Source: Octopus vulgaris (lineage: Eukaryota). From it: a stretch of 64,000 nt of DNA. The stretch is from NCBI GenBank assembly GCA_951406725.2, contig OX597817.1, positions 143,530,001 to 143,594,000 of the forward strand, written 5' to 3'. The notes under the pieces were generated by a model. The model was not told the DNA's origin, made no database searches, and saw only the letters and a program-made list of their open reading frames with translations. A program made the position numbers and the translations under genes. Numbering within the stretch: the stretch's first letter is position 1; each line of letters begins with the position of its first letter. Positions 1 through 15,348 of this stretch are shown here, one piece after another.

Positions 1-435
1 CCAGCCCACTCAAAAGTACCTTGAATCATAGGGCAACATGCCGTGCTAGAGGAGACCTATTGAGTCAAATAGATCAACATCAGCAATATCAAAATCAAAT
101 CAAATGGAAATTGTAATTGTGAGCCCCATGCTGGTAGCACATAAAAAGCACCATCCAAATGTGGCCAATGCCAGAGCCGCTTTGACTGGCTTCCGTGCCA
201 GTGACACGTAAAAAGCACCATCCGATCGTGTTCGATGCCAGCTCCTCTGGCACATAAAAAGCACCCACTACATTCTCGGAATGGTTAGCGTTAGGAAGGG
301 AATCCAATTGTAGAAACACTGCCAGATCAGACTGGGGCCTGGTGCAGCCTCCTGGCTTCCCAGACCCCAGTCAAACCGTCCAACCTATGCCAGCATGGAA
401 TACAGATGTTAAACAATGTTTATGATGATGATGAT
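1..435 (+). mobile_element. 3' UTR/tail of an RTE-clade LINE (repeat family A)
   Basis: Ends in ...CCAACCTATGCCAGCATGGAA...GTTAAAC(GAT)n. Bases 10-125 match the reverse complement of 37010-37110, which adjoins RTE C-terminal coding sequence. Confidence 0.8.
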
Positions 436-1237
436 ATATATGTAAAAAGCACCCACTACATTCACGGAGTGGTTGGCATTAGGAAGGGCAATATATGAGG
501 CCCAATGTTCACTTGCACATATATGTATATACTTACACATTTTTAATCTCATTTGCAACTATAAATATTTTGATATATCGCATCAGGGGGGGTAATACCT
601 AGAACACTTGATAAGACCACAGTATAAATATACCGCATCTTAATGATAATTGGCTACATTGCAAATGATATAGACATCTTAAAAGAAACATGAAAAAGAA
701 ATTATAAAGTATTAATACAAAAGCAATATAAAAATAATATTACAAAGCAGCGAAGATCAAAGTTCAGATGGATACTTAGAATTATAACTATAATCCTGCT
801 TAGTAACAGTCAATATAAGATTGCTTAAATAAATTAGAATAATTGATTAAGCAAGAACACTTAAATCATTGAAAATATAATAGACTGGATGGATGTGATA
901 TTGAGTCAAAGGAATGGGGAATTACTGAATGGAAACCGAATTTAAAATTAATGTTATTTAGGAAATACTTATTTGAAAGTAGGTTTTAGATAGAGTACAA
1001 ATATGCCTGCACAATCTTGTATGTATGTGTATTCAGTTACAATCGTAATGTAAACATATTTAGCAGATAATGTTTTGAAAAAAAAAAATTAAAATAGGTT
1101 AGAATGAGGAATAACCAATTAATTTATTAATGAATAATATGCTGGATGGAAGTATTAATAGGGACTTGCTATGTGTAAATCCAATTTTAATTTTATATTA
1201 TTATTTTATTAATGGAAGTAGATTAAACTAAAATCAT

Positions 1238-1612
1238 ATCATCATCGTTTAACGTCCGTTTTCTATGCTAGCATGGGTTGGACGGTTCGACCGGGGTCTG
1301 GGAAGCCAGGAGGCTGCACCAGGCTCCAGTCTGATCTGGCAGTGTTTCTACAGCTGGATACCCTTCCTAATGCCAACCACTCCATGAGTGTAGTGGGTGC
1401 TTTTTACATGCCACCGGCACAGGTGCCAGGGGAGGCTGGCAATGGCCACGATCGGTTGGTGGTTTTTACGTGCCACCGGCATGGAAGCCAGTGCTGGCAT
1501 TGACCACGTACGAAAGGTGCTTTTTACGTGTCACCAGCACAGGTGCCAGGGGAGGCTGGCAACGACCACGATCAGTTGGTGCTTTTTACATGCCACCGGC
1601 ACGGAAACCAGT
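1238..1612 (-). mobile_element. RTE 3'-tail repeat (family A) with internal ~55-bp subrepeats
   Basis: (CAT)n-CGTTTAACGTCCG...GGGTTGGACGG...GGTGCTTTTTACATGCCACCGGCAC. Further copies lie near 3560-3725(+), 15480-15800(+), 16208-16440(-), 18880-19275(-), 19428-19590(+), 23295-23538(+) and 53328-53507(-). Confidence 0.85.
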
Positions 1613-3227
1613 TGTTCATACATACGCCCATGTGTATATGGCATCAATTATCATGGAATACAGTTCATGATGACTATATTCTATACCATCATCATTATGA
1701 TTAATTCGTTTGTATCACATAATAAATAAAAACCCAAGAAAATTTATGCTTGCGGTAAATTACAATTTCAATCTTTACATGTAGCAGATCTCAATCTGTC
1801 ATTAAAATCTTGAATGCTTCACATGTACAAAAATTAGTCTTCCATGTCACCTTGGTCTCATTTGGTCAATACAGAGGTTTTCAATTGGGGTCCATCCATA
1901 TGGCCCTTGGGGGACCAAATAAGATTCTGTCATTAATCTATAATATAAATTGGACATGGGCGATCGTTGTATTCTTTCTTGTCTTGAGGTTCACAGCCAA
2001 ATTGCTGGGTGGATTCACATGAAAAATGGCACACATGTGGAGACGGATGCATAGATTGGAATGCAGTTTGTATTTTTTCCCTAGCCCCCATACTTACCAA
2101 GAAAATCGATTAAAACTTTTTCTAATGGAATTCCCCCAGACTATGTACAAATTCTTTTTTCACAACTCCTGAAGCTGTTTTCTGACAAATATTCATACAG
2201 CTGGAGGGTCCAATCAAAACAGGGGACCCGAAATGATAAGGTTGAGAAACACTGTTATAGATTATGCCTAACCGAAAACAATCACAACCACATCATCCAA
2301 ACAGACTGGATGAAACCGGGTTTAGCTGCTAGTATTTATATAAATTGGTTTATAATTCAACAATACACAAAACATTAAAATTTTTTTTTTTACAGAATTT
2401 CTAATAACATTTAATTGTAAAAACATAATAGGATTTTTTAAACATCAAATGGTTATGAGGATACATCCAAGTGAAATAAGGATCAAGGGAGGTTCTGTGG
2501 GGGAAAAAACAGTTGAGAAACCACTGATACGATGTTTTGGGATTTGAAATCAAAAATATAACTGAGGTTGCATGACTAAGCATAGGGGTAGACAAAGAAT
2601 GATGGTCAAGCATTTCTTGGCCCTGTTAGCCCTGGCCAAACAGATGTAGCCTATATCTGGTTCTGAGGCTCGCAGCCAATACTCTTTACAACACACATTC
2701 TACAAACAGTCATTTATTGAAACCAATCAAACAGAAACCTATAACAATTTAGGTTTTCATCTAAAATCAACAAGTCTTCACTCTAATCCCAAAACATCTA
2801 TCCTCACTTATAACAGTGATAAATGAGTCATATTCACACACACTTTCTAAATGGAATGAATGGTAAACTCCTAACCCAAAGCAGTGAAGCTTCCACCATC
2901 AAGTACTTTATTATTTCTAGCTTTTCTCAGAGAATACACTCTTCTGTATTGTTTGTTAGGACCAGGTACCTTCATATTTCTTCCTGTTCACTGATCCCAC
3001 GTTGATGGGTACAATACATAAATCTATTAAAAACAACAGCATGGTCGTGTAAACACAAACAATAGTCAGTACATTCTGGATAGCTGAGCATTGTGGGTGG
3101 TTGCTGGGAAGTATTTTGTGATACAAGCAGAAGCTTTGACCACCACCCCATGTTATTTCAGATGACTCCAAGGTAACTGCAATGTTGTTGTGTAACAACT
3201 GAACATACCATGTTATCACATATCAGT

Positions 3228-3440
3228 ATGAATGAACCAATGGTGAATGAACTAGTGATTAATGAACCAGTGATGAATGTATCAGTGATGAATAAACCAG
3301 TGATGAATGTATCAGTGATGAATGCATCAGTGATGAATGCATCAGTGATGAATGCATCAGTGATGAATGTATCAGTGATGAATGAACCAGTGATGAATGA
3401 ATCCATGGTGAATGAATCAGTGATGAATGAATCATTGATG
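3228..3440. repeat. 15-bp minisatellite (GTGATGAATGYATCA)n
   Basis: Directly visible tandem array; it generates the spurious VMNAS/FITDA ORFs. Confidence 0.9.
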
Positions 3441-3898
3441 ATGCTGCTTGTATTGTACTTATATGTGCTTAGCCTCCCTTTTTGCACTACATTACTATCA
3501 CTTTTAGTTTGCAAAACAAATATAACTTCCTGTTTGACTTTAAAACTTGCATACTCATCCATTACACTCTCAAAGTGGTTGGTATTAAGAAAGGCATCGA
3601 GCTGTAGAAACCATGCCAAATCAGTTGGGATCTGGTGCAGCCTTCCAGCTTGCCAGCCCTGGTCAAACCACACAATCCATGCCAGCATGGACAACAGATG
3701 CTAAATGATGACAATGATGATGATGGTGTGTGTGTGTGTGTGATAGGTGCAGATGTAGCAGTGCAGTAAAGAAGTTTGCTTCCCAACAACAAGGTTCCAG
3801 GTTCAATCCTACAGTGTGGCACCTAGGACAAGTGCCTCCTGCTATAGTCCCAGCCACCTAAACAGAAATGGAAAGAAACCTGTCATATATATATATAT

Positions 3899-4068
3899 GA
3901 GTGGCTGTGTAGTAGGTAGCTTGTTTACCAACCACATGGTTCCGGGTTTAGCCCCACTGAAAGGCACCTTTGGCAAGTGTCTTCTACTATAGCCTTGGGC
4001 CAACCAAAGCCTTATGAGTGGATTTGGTAGACGGAAACTGAAAGAAGCCCGTTGTGTGTACGTGTGTG

Positions 4069-4137
<69 letters not shown>

Positions 4138-4353
4138 TTGTGTGTCTATGTATGTCCCCCCCTCACCATCGCTTGACAACCAATGTTGGTGTGTTTACGT
4201 CCCCATAACTTAGTGGTTCGGCAAAAGAGACCAATAGAATAAATACTAGGCTTACAAAGAATAAGTCCAGGGTAGATTTGTTCAACTAAAGGCGATGCTC
4301 CAGCATGGCCGTAGATCAATGACCGAAACAAGTAAAAGAATAATATAAAAGAA
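3899..4353 (+). mobile_element. tRNA-derived SINE, family B (resembles octopus OR/OK-type SINEs)
   Basis: tRNA-like head with A/B boxes (GTGGCTGTGTAG...GGTTCCGGGTTTAGCCC), central TA/TG microsatellite and GTAAAAGA tail. Many copies in the window. Confidence 0.85.
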
Positions 4354-5239
4354 TATATATATATATATATATATATGATGATATATAACCAGCATTCTAA
4401 TGTCCACTTATCCCATGCTTTCATGGGTTGGATAAAAATCAATGAAGCAGATTCTCTATGGCTGGATGCCCTTCATGTCACCAACCATCATCTTTTCCAA
4501 GCAAAGTAATATTTCCCATAGCAAGACAAATCTTTCACAGATCTCTTCTACAATAGTGACACACACAAAGAGGCTTCTTTTAGTTTCCATCCATCTAAGC
4601 CATTTACATGGTTTGGTTGGCCCAGCAGAAGACACTCGCCCAAAGTGTCACGCAGTGGGCAAAGACCTACTGTTGTGCAACAAAACACTAGTGAATGGAT
4701 TTGATACAATACTGTGTATGTATATACACACACACACACACTAGTGTGTTACTCGTCATGTGACAGGTAACTTTGGAAGTATACTTCTGTCACCGTGGGT
4801 AATATCAAGAAATGTGGCATACATAGGTGCTGTGTAGTGGGCAAATGTCGCCTATAACCCTGGGCCACTTAAATCCTAGTGGGTGGATTTGGTAGATGGA
4901 GACTCATAGAACCCAATGTGTCTGTATATGTATATCGATATATATATATATATATATATATCACACACACACGTACACAGCAGGCTTCTTACAGTTTCCA
5001 TCTACCAAATCCACTCACAAGACTTCGGTTGGCCCGAGGTTAAAGTAGAAAACACTCGTCAAAGGTGCCACGCAGTGGGACTGAACCCGGAACCCTTTAG
5101 TGTTTAAACCGGCCACATCCACCAAAATATTCTGCCCGTTTTATGTTCAAACTGGCCATGTGTGGCCTCTCACACCTACCCCGCAATGTCATTCTTAAAA
5201 TAAACAACCACATCATTGATATCTCAAAAGCTACAAGGA

Positions 5240-5920
<681 letters not shown>

Positions 5921-6448
5921 ATTTTCCTGCACGCATCTCTTTCAATCTATGTGTAAATACACACACAAAAAAAAAAACAAGAATGAAATATTTATTATTA
6001 TTATTACTACTACTACTACTACAATACGAATGTGGGTGGAACTTTAATAGTACTAAAAGACCAGAAGACAAGTCAGAAAGTATACGTGTCATGTCATCGG
6101 CATAGAATAAGGTTTGTCTCGCACATGTGACGGCGGCGACAAGCCATGAAAGAAGAACATGTAATATGCATTATAATAAAAGAAAACACAAGCGATGGCG
6201 AGCTGATTGCATAAGCCTGCTTCTCGAACTTAGCAGCTTTGCTAAAGAATTTAAAGAATTCTAAATACGATATAAGTTTAACTTCGCCACCGCCATCGAC
6301 CAAACCTTTTTCTATCATGAATTATATAGTAATATATGTGTGTGCGTGTATATGTATATGTATATATATATTATTTATTTATTAAGATGAGATAGGAGTG
6401 TATATACTACACGCGTATTCTCATAGACATAATTATATGTAATTTGTT

Positions 6449-6495
<47 letters not shown>

Positions 6496-6544
6496 AAGTT
6501 AATTAGCTTTTCGCGTGGTTGAAAATATGAAATACATAGGCGTG

Positions 6545-7903
<1,359 letters not shown>

Positions 7904-9540
7904 CCACGTCCTACATACATTAATTAAATATATACCTCTCTCTCTCTCTCTCTATATATATATACGTATACACACATACCTATGTATGTATATATATATA
8001 TATATATATATACGTATACATAGATATACATTCACATATATGTACATTCACATATGCGTACATATATACACACACATATAAAGTCACATATACATACACG
8101 CATGCACATACATATTTATAAACATAAATACACACACCCACATATAATAGGGAAATGTATATATAATTATGTACAGATGCGTAATATATACTCGTGTACG
8201 GATGCATATATAAATATACATAAATACTTATATATAAATGCGTAAATGTTTGAAAAGAAGGTCTATACACGCGAGGGAAAGAAACCAAATACAGCTCATG
8301 AAAATAAAATATAAAAAACTAGTAACGCATAAGAAGTTAAGAGACTTAGAAAAGTTCTTTCCGTTATAAGAAAACTAATAAAACTAGAGACCAATATATT
8401 ACGGTTTTAGAATGAATTAATTTAATTTCATGTGAAGAATTTGGTGATTCCATGTCGATGTTGGTTGCAGAGAATAACCGGAAGTCTGGATAGCAACGAC
8501 TCTGGTCCATATTGACCCCTCCTTGTCATATATATATTATAATAGAATAAAATTAGACATACTTGCCAGTATAATTAGCTCATAGTAAGTGGTATAATTG
8601 TGTTCGACCAGGAAAATAAATCATAAAAAAAGCCGGTCTGCTATAATAATGTCTTTGAATGTTAAATATTGGTCCGTGATGCCAAATGAGGAATCTATAA
8701 ACACTTACACGTGCAAGGTCTGTGAAAGAAGGAGGAAATGGTAAGGACTAAACAGCTGTTAATTGATTAAAATATAATCAGGGTCTTTTTTCTTTTGACT
8801 AAATATCAAAAATTGATTAAAAAACGAAATAATATTTATAATCAATAAAAGAAATGTCAATCCGATACAAAAATGTTGATCTCATGAAAAAGATCGTGGA
8901 AAAAGATAAGGACAAGTTCTGCTGCAATGGCAATTGCGATGCCATGGAAGAAGAAACGGTGATCGGAATAAAATAACTAGGAAATGGGAAAGGAAGCCTT
9001 TTATAAAAGGAGATAAACAACTAGAACTGGGTTAATAGTAGGGGATATGTAGCAGGGATTATAGATAGGATATAGAATATTTATACATACAGAACTACCA
9101 AACTGATTAGCGGAGTCTAATTAGGGTGGGAGGGGGGATACACTGACATTATGTATGTAAAAATATGTAAGAAGTGGAATAATATAGATATTTGAAAGCT
9201 TACAAGCAAAAAAAAAAGTATTTTAGAACATAAAAATATATTCAAACTAACAGAAATATTCTTGGTTTTAGGCAGAAAGATAGAAAGAGAGAAAAAAAGG
9301 CGCTTCCACCCCTGCAAGTGACCACGTTGGGTCAATGTCACTTAGTGGTAGATGTGCAGATTGGTGATGCAGAGAAATGGGCAGGGCTTGAAGTAGAATA
9401 TGTCGCTATAATGTTGTAAATGAGAGAGAGAGAGAATAGCCATTTGACAAGGTGCAAAGCGGACAAGAAAGCTCGTAGTTAAATTAGCCACTTGCTTCTT
9501 TGTGGTGGAATAAGATTGTCATGTTGGTGCTAACACTTAC

Positions 9541-9570
9541 CTTCCCCGGGTCCTCTCCACGTCTAGTCAT
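9541..9570 (-). CDS. Candidate first coding exon (MTRRGEDPGK) of an unidentified host gene
   Basis: Minus strand reads ATG ACT AGA CGT GGA GAG GAC CCG GGG AAG|GTAAGT, a perfect donor. There is an upstream in-frame TAA and a possible acceptor ttttaaacccag| at 9657. Sequence is non-repetitive; no homology recognised. Confidence 0.3.
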
Positions 9571-12249
9571 ATATTTTATATTATATTCTGTCCTACTTCC
9601 ACCTTTTGTTATGTTTTGTTATGGATATTTTTCTTGTGTGTTAAACCCGCAGAACTCCTGGGTTTAAAAAGTGTGTCGAATAATAATAAAAATAATAATA
9701 ATAATTAATAAACTGTTACTGATAATAGTAGCTATTATAATAATTAATAATAATTTAGCAGTAAACTAGAAAGATAGTCGTGCGGACTGAGAAATAGCGT
9801 TAAACGAAGTTGGAAGTGAATTTAGAAAACAATTAATTAACTATAAAACCCAGATAATTGTAATAAAGTTAACAGAGAAATAAAAGTACTCAACAAATTT
9901 AAGTTTGAAAAATCATAAAATGTTTGTTATGATTGTAAGACTGAAACTGATACAAGTCATTTTGGCTGTTGTAGTAGATTGTAGTTGGTGAAAGTGATGG
10001 TAAGTGTCTTGGAGAGAGAGAGAGAGAAGCACAGTAGTAATATAATAATAATAATAATGAATAGTGTTTAGTGAGTGTGGTGGTGGCGGCGCAGCTGGTG
10101 GTGGTGGTGGAGAAGGAGGCAGTGCGCCTTTGTAACACTTGCTAAAGCTTTTTAACCACAATTAGATGAAGACCCCCTCCGAGGGAAAAGGAATAAATAG
10201 GGTAATCAAAATGGGATCAGATCGTTGAAAAGCATGTGTGAGGAGGGAAAATTGATAAATATGATGTGTAAAGAATATGATTAATTAAAAGGCGATATTA
10301 ATTAAAGAAAAGGAAACAAACCGATAGCAATGTCGTCGACACCGTGGAGCAATAAAGGAGAGAGGTGTGTTTGTTTTAAGGAGCCATTGTCAGTGAGTGA
10401 ACCTCAATGTCAGAAGACTACAAGACAGCTGGTCGCACCAAAGCTGATGGCAGTAGTCTGTCTATTTGTGTGTGTGTGTGTTAAAAGATTCAACTGCTGC
10501 AAGCTGTAAAATGTAATTTGTCCATTAGCTTTCAGGACTGAGACACATACTGACCGTGATGATGTCCTCTGATGTAAAAATCCACTCCACGTTGTGATTA
10601 CAGTTTTTGTTGGTAAATTGTTCTTCAGTGGTTGTCGTAGATATTGTTAATGTCCTTTGTTTTATGTTATTTCATTTAGATCAGTCGACTGCAACCACAA
10701 AACACTCACACACCACATGAATATGCTACGACGAAGTAATACATAAATACAACATCTGGAGCGTGTGTGCGTGTGAGAGAGAGAGCTTCTGTAGTCACAC
10801 AACTACCATGTGGAGGCGAGAGAGAGAGAAAGAAACACTAATATATAACGGGAGAGGAGACAGCCTAGTGGTTTGATTCAATAAAGTTTTATTATATTCT
10901 GTTACTAGTTTAACTTTGTATACTATACTCTAAGCGATTCGATTTTTTTCCATTTTTCATATGCAAACGGAACACGCATATATTTTCCCATACATAAATA
11001 AATATACATGTGCGTGTAATAAGTATTAAAATTTGTTAACCAAATTTTGTTGTAATTTCTTTACCGCCCTTTATCGCCTCACACTTAAAACTATTGAAAA
11101 TGCTTATATAAGCTTCAAAGTATAATCTATATATACATCTATGTGTGTGTGATACTTAAACTGGTTCTAAGTATTTATATAATAATATATACATACATAC
11201 ACCAAAACAGAGAATGGGTGTCAGACAGAATGCATTATTGCAGTATTTTAGTTTCATGGATACTACTTTCCAAAAATCCCAGAGAACAACTTTACTTTTA
11301 GCCACTCAATTAACGGGAAATATATTTTAAAAAGAATGAGTATACCATAGTGAATTCTCCTCCTTTCTAGTACCAAAGTAAGACATTATTGTTAAATGTC
11401 TTTTATAAATAAAATAAAGTATAAGTCAAGTTCTACGATCGATTTAATAAATCCCTTCCTCGAAGTTCGAAGCCTTGTGCTTGGAACCACAGAATCGTTA
11501 GTGTTTGTTCTTTACGTTCCGAGGTCAAATCTAACAGAAGTCAACTTAGCCTTTCATCTTTTTAGGGTCGATAAGATAAAGTACCCGTTAAGTAGTGGGT
11601 TCGATTCCTATCGACTTATATCCTCCTCTCGAAATTTCTTACTTTATGCTTGTGTGAGAAATACAGCAGAATCGTTAGAACGCTGAGACAATATCTTGTC
11701 GAAGTTAGTTACTCTACTGTACATTCTTGAGTTCAAATACCGCCGAAGTTACTTTGCTTCTTTTTTTTTCTTTTTTTTTCCTTTCATCCATTCCTATTAG
11801 TCAAGTATTGAGACTGATGACATCGACAAGCTCCTTTCTCTCAAAACTTCTGGTTTTAGAAAAGAATTATCATTATATATTAATACAAGCGTACGTTCCC
11901 ACCTACCTGCTTTTTGTGTCGCACTAAGGAGAGTAACTCAAATAGAATTAAAAATAACAGTTGATAATTATGGTAGTGGTGGTGGCGGTGGCGGCGCCGG
12001 TGCTGATAATGCTGAATGGAGAATTATACAGAGGGAGGGAGAGTGAACGATCGTAAAGCATAGACATAGAAAGTAAAAATTAGGAAAGACAGAGTGAGAG
12101 AGAGAAGCAGAAATATTGGAATCAATCAAAAGATAAAAGGAGAGAAGAGGAAAAAGAAACAAAGAAAGTAGAAATGTGAAGTTAAAAATAAAAATGAAAT
12201 GAAATAAAACTATTGTATTTCAAAACAGTAATTTATTTTTTCTAAATAA

Positions 12250-13290
12250 ACACATGCACAATGTATTCGTTCTTCACTCATTTATTACTGTTCTTATTTT
12301 AACTCATGTCCATTATCCGGAAAGCTTTCGTCACACATCTGTGACCTCTTCAGTGACCCTTTCCATCCTTGTGTGTGTTCCTGCTCTGCTTAGTCTATTC
12401 TGTTCTTCTATGATGTATATCCTTATAAGTACATACATTTGCATCTGTATTTGTGTGTGTGTCATTCTTAGTAGCACTATGACCCACCCCTCACCCCCTC
12501 CCCTCCCACATTTCTGCTACTGCTGTCCTTGACTCCCAACTTTTGGTACTGTTCCTGTATCTCTCAGTGTTTTTGTGTTTGCTTGCGCTACTGCCATCGT
12601 GGTAGTTGTTGTTGATGTTGTGGCCAGTTGCCGTCATGTCAGTTTTATGCGTTGATAATAACTTAACCTCTATGTTATTAACTGAGCCGCTATGTTCCAC
12701 TTGAGCATGTTGGTAGAGCACTGATGAGCCTTTCTGCTCTTTGAGCTCCCACCAGTGTTCACCTATACGCACCCCATATGCTGCATGCTGTCTCTCCAAT
12801 GTAAGTTGGTGTCTCATTTCTGCACCATCCCTCAGTATATCGTAAGCTATACACTATACTCCTAACCTCACAGTTAACATGTGGGTTCATCCTACATACT
12901 ATGCAATTGTTCTCCATACATGGAGACCTATCAAAGGGATAAATTCTACAGATTAGAGATTTTATGGGGTCACCTGGCCTTTCTACTAACTTTAATCCAC
13001 AGATTAGCCTTACGTAAATTTTTTTCTAAAAAGGTATGCTAGTTTACTGCCAGGAGCAGCATCGGTGAACATAGCACTGGTAGTTTTTGTTTTCGTACCG
13101 TGAGTTGGTCTTTCTATCTCTTTTTCTGATCCTTTCTGTGCTGTTTCAAGAATTGCTCCTGTATAGCGGGGTCGATCCCCTTTGCAGCACTCCCTATGAT
13201 GGTTTTGTACTTAGCCTTAGCTCCTTTGTACACTCTAATCCTGTCCCTTTTGTTGTAGGCAGAAAGCTGCATGCAGTGGCTGAATAAAGC
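12250..13290 (-). mobile_element. Decayed Penelope-like retroelement: RT thumb/linker, GIY-YIG endonuclease and 3' pseudo-LTR
   Basis: Frameshifted minus-strand translation: MQLSAYNKRDRIRVY...LYRS...SAMFTDAAPGSKL...VERPG...PF...C..NCIVC...C...IVYSL...C...YIGETACS/..RIGEHW...SVLYQHAQVEH. A degenerate HHR core lies at 12320-12357. Confidence 0.85.
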
Positions 13291-13451
13291 TCTATTTGAT
13301 TTTGATTTTGATTTTTAACCTCACATTTCCCCCTCCATCTCCATTTAATATCCACTCATACCCAATTCTTTCTCACCTTCTCTTCATAATATAGTTACTG
13401 CTGATTTTTCATTCATGCTTTTTCTCATACATTTCTCTCCCAATGTGAGTG

Positions 13452-13831
13452 TGGAAGCACTCCGTCGGTTACGACGACGAGGGTTCCGGTTGATCCGAAT
13501 CAACGGAACAGCCTGCTCGTGAAATTAACGTGTAAGTGGCTGAGCACTCCACAGACACGTGTACCCTTAACGTAGTTCTCGGGGATATTCAGCGTGACAC
13601 AGAGAGTGACAAGGCCGGCCCCTTGAAATACAGGTACAACAGAAACAGGAAGTAAGAGTGAGAGAAAGTTGTGGTAAAAGAGTACAGCGATCACCACCAC
13701 CCCCTGCCGGAGCCTCGTGGAGCTTTAGGTGTTTTCGCTCAATAAACACTCACAACGCCTGGTCTGGGAATCGAAACCGCGATCCTCTGACCGCGAGTCC
13801 GCTGCCCTAACCACTGGGCCATTGCGCCTCC
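13452..13831 (-). mobile_element. tRNA-derived SINE, family D
   Basis: Head GGAGGCGCAATGGCCCAGTGGTTAGGGCAGCGGACTCGCGG...GGTTTCGATTCCC; nearly identical to 48445-48828. Confidence 0.9.
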
Positions 13832-14209
13832 CTCCCCCTCCATGTGAGATAGCATGAATGACCCAATGTCAAAGATTTAAATTGACCATGAAAGCAGATG
13901 CCCTATATCAAATTTCAACACAATATCTGGAGAGTTTTTAACCTGAAAACACCGCAAATGTTTTTGGATGTGATGGTCCAATTACAAACACTAACGTTTT
14001 TACGACTGCCCTTTCCTTAATTTCAGCCATTCTCCCTCCCTCCATTCTTTCTATTCTTTCCTCTCTTCCCTTCTTCTCTTCCCTTTAATCCTGTTTTTCC
14101 AAACCTGTCACTGTTCTTCCCCTTTCCTCTTTATCTTTCTTCCACTTACTTTATATTTATTGTTTCTCTTCACTCCTCCCCACATGCTTGTATTATTCTT
14201 TCAGTGTTC

Positions 14210-14345
14210 TTTCTGCTTGACTCTGCAAAAGTAGCAATGTTGTGCTTGACTCTGCAAAAGTTCAGTGTTCTGCTTGACTCTGCAAAAGTTCAGTGTTCTG
14301 CTTGACTCTGCAAAAGTTCAGTGTTCTGCTTGACTCTGCAAAAGT
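14210..14345. repeat. 28-bp minisatellite (GCTTGACTCTGCAAAAGTTCAGTGTTCT), ~5 copies
   Basis: Directly visible. Confidence 0.9.
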
Positions 14346-14733
14346 AGAAATGACTCTGGCAAAAGTAGCATTAATTTTCTCAGTTGTTCAATTTTTATCA
14401 ATCAATCAATGGACTGACTGAGTCAACCTATCAATAATGAACCTATAATGCTTACTGGAAATAGCTGTAAGTCAAATTTACTACAATAAAGAAAAATATG
14501 TAATCACCATTATTCAAGCCTTGTCATATATATATATATATATGTGTGTGTATACAGAGAAAGAGAGAGAGAGAGAGAATAAGACAGATGGTTTTAGAAA
14601 TTGAGAGGCTAAGTAAGAATGGGACTTACTGTAAACATGCAAAAGCAAGAGTAGGAAACAGAAAGTTGTGAAGATAAAAGTGATACACACACACACATAT
14701 TGCTATCCTGCTGTCTCCCACCCCCTCTGTATA

Positions 14734-15033
14734 TGGGAGGCATATGGCCTAGTGGTTAGAGCAGCGGACTTGCGGTCAAGGGATCGCGGGTTCGAATCTC
14801 AGACCAAGCGATGTGTGTGTTAATGAGCAAAACACCTAAGCTTCCCCACGGCTCCGGCAGAAGGTAATGGCGAACGTCTGCTGACTCTTTCGCCATAACT
14901 TTCTCTCACTCTTTCCTCCTGCATTTAGCAGCTCACCTGCAACGGACCAGCGTCCCATCCAGGTGGGGAACCTATATGCCAAGGACACTGGGAAACCGGC
15001 CCTTATGAGCCAAGCATGGCTCGAGAAGGAACA
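14734..15033 (+). mobile_element. tRNA-derived SINE (family D-related head) with 14-bp target-site duplication (TSD)
   Basis: TGGCCTAGTGGTTAGAGCAGCG...GGTTCGAATCTC head; ACCCCCTCTGTATA on both sides. A related copy lies at 29438-29678. Confidence 0.85.
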
Positions 15034-15300
15034 ACCCCCTCTGTATACACAAGTTTCACCTGTCACTGCATTCCCCCCCACTCTTTACATTCATGTCAAG
15101 TCTCTACTCCCTACTCATGCACCTTTGGCAATACCCTACCATTTGTATTCTGATCCCCATATCTTGAGGATATGCCCTGGCACTTGCCACCGTCTACTTC
15201 TCTCTTCCTTTACTCAACCATCCCATTTATATTCTGATCCCCGTTCCTTGTGAGTATACCCTGCACTTCACCATCATCTCTCTCCTGCGCTCTCTCTCTT

Positions 15301-15348
<48 letters not shown>

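Noticed and set aside
8300-9300. Possible very old LINE RT remnants (also 700-1230)
   Set aside because: No motif could be read with confidence.
13140-13155. In-frame TGA in the Penelope-like remnant as selenocysteine
   Set aside because: It appears to fall at a position I recall as a conserved Trp, in a copy with several frameshifts; TGG-to-TGA decay is simpler.
13760-13831. tRNA genes at SINE heads (also 27466, 48760, 58940)
   Set aside because: Acceptor stems are incomplete and each continues into a multi-copy SINE body.
14210-14345. CRISPR-like 28-bp repeats (also the 30-bp repeats at 30790)
   Set aside because: Head-to-tail with no spacers, no cas genes, eukaryotic context.
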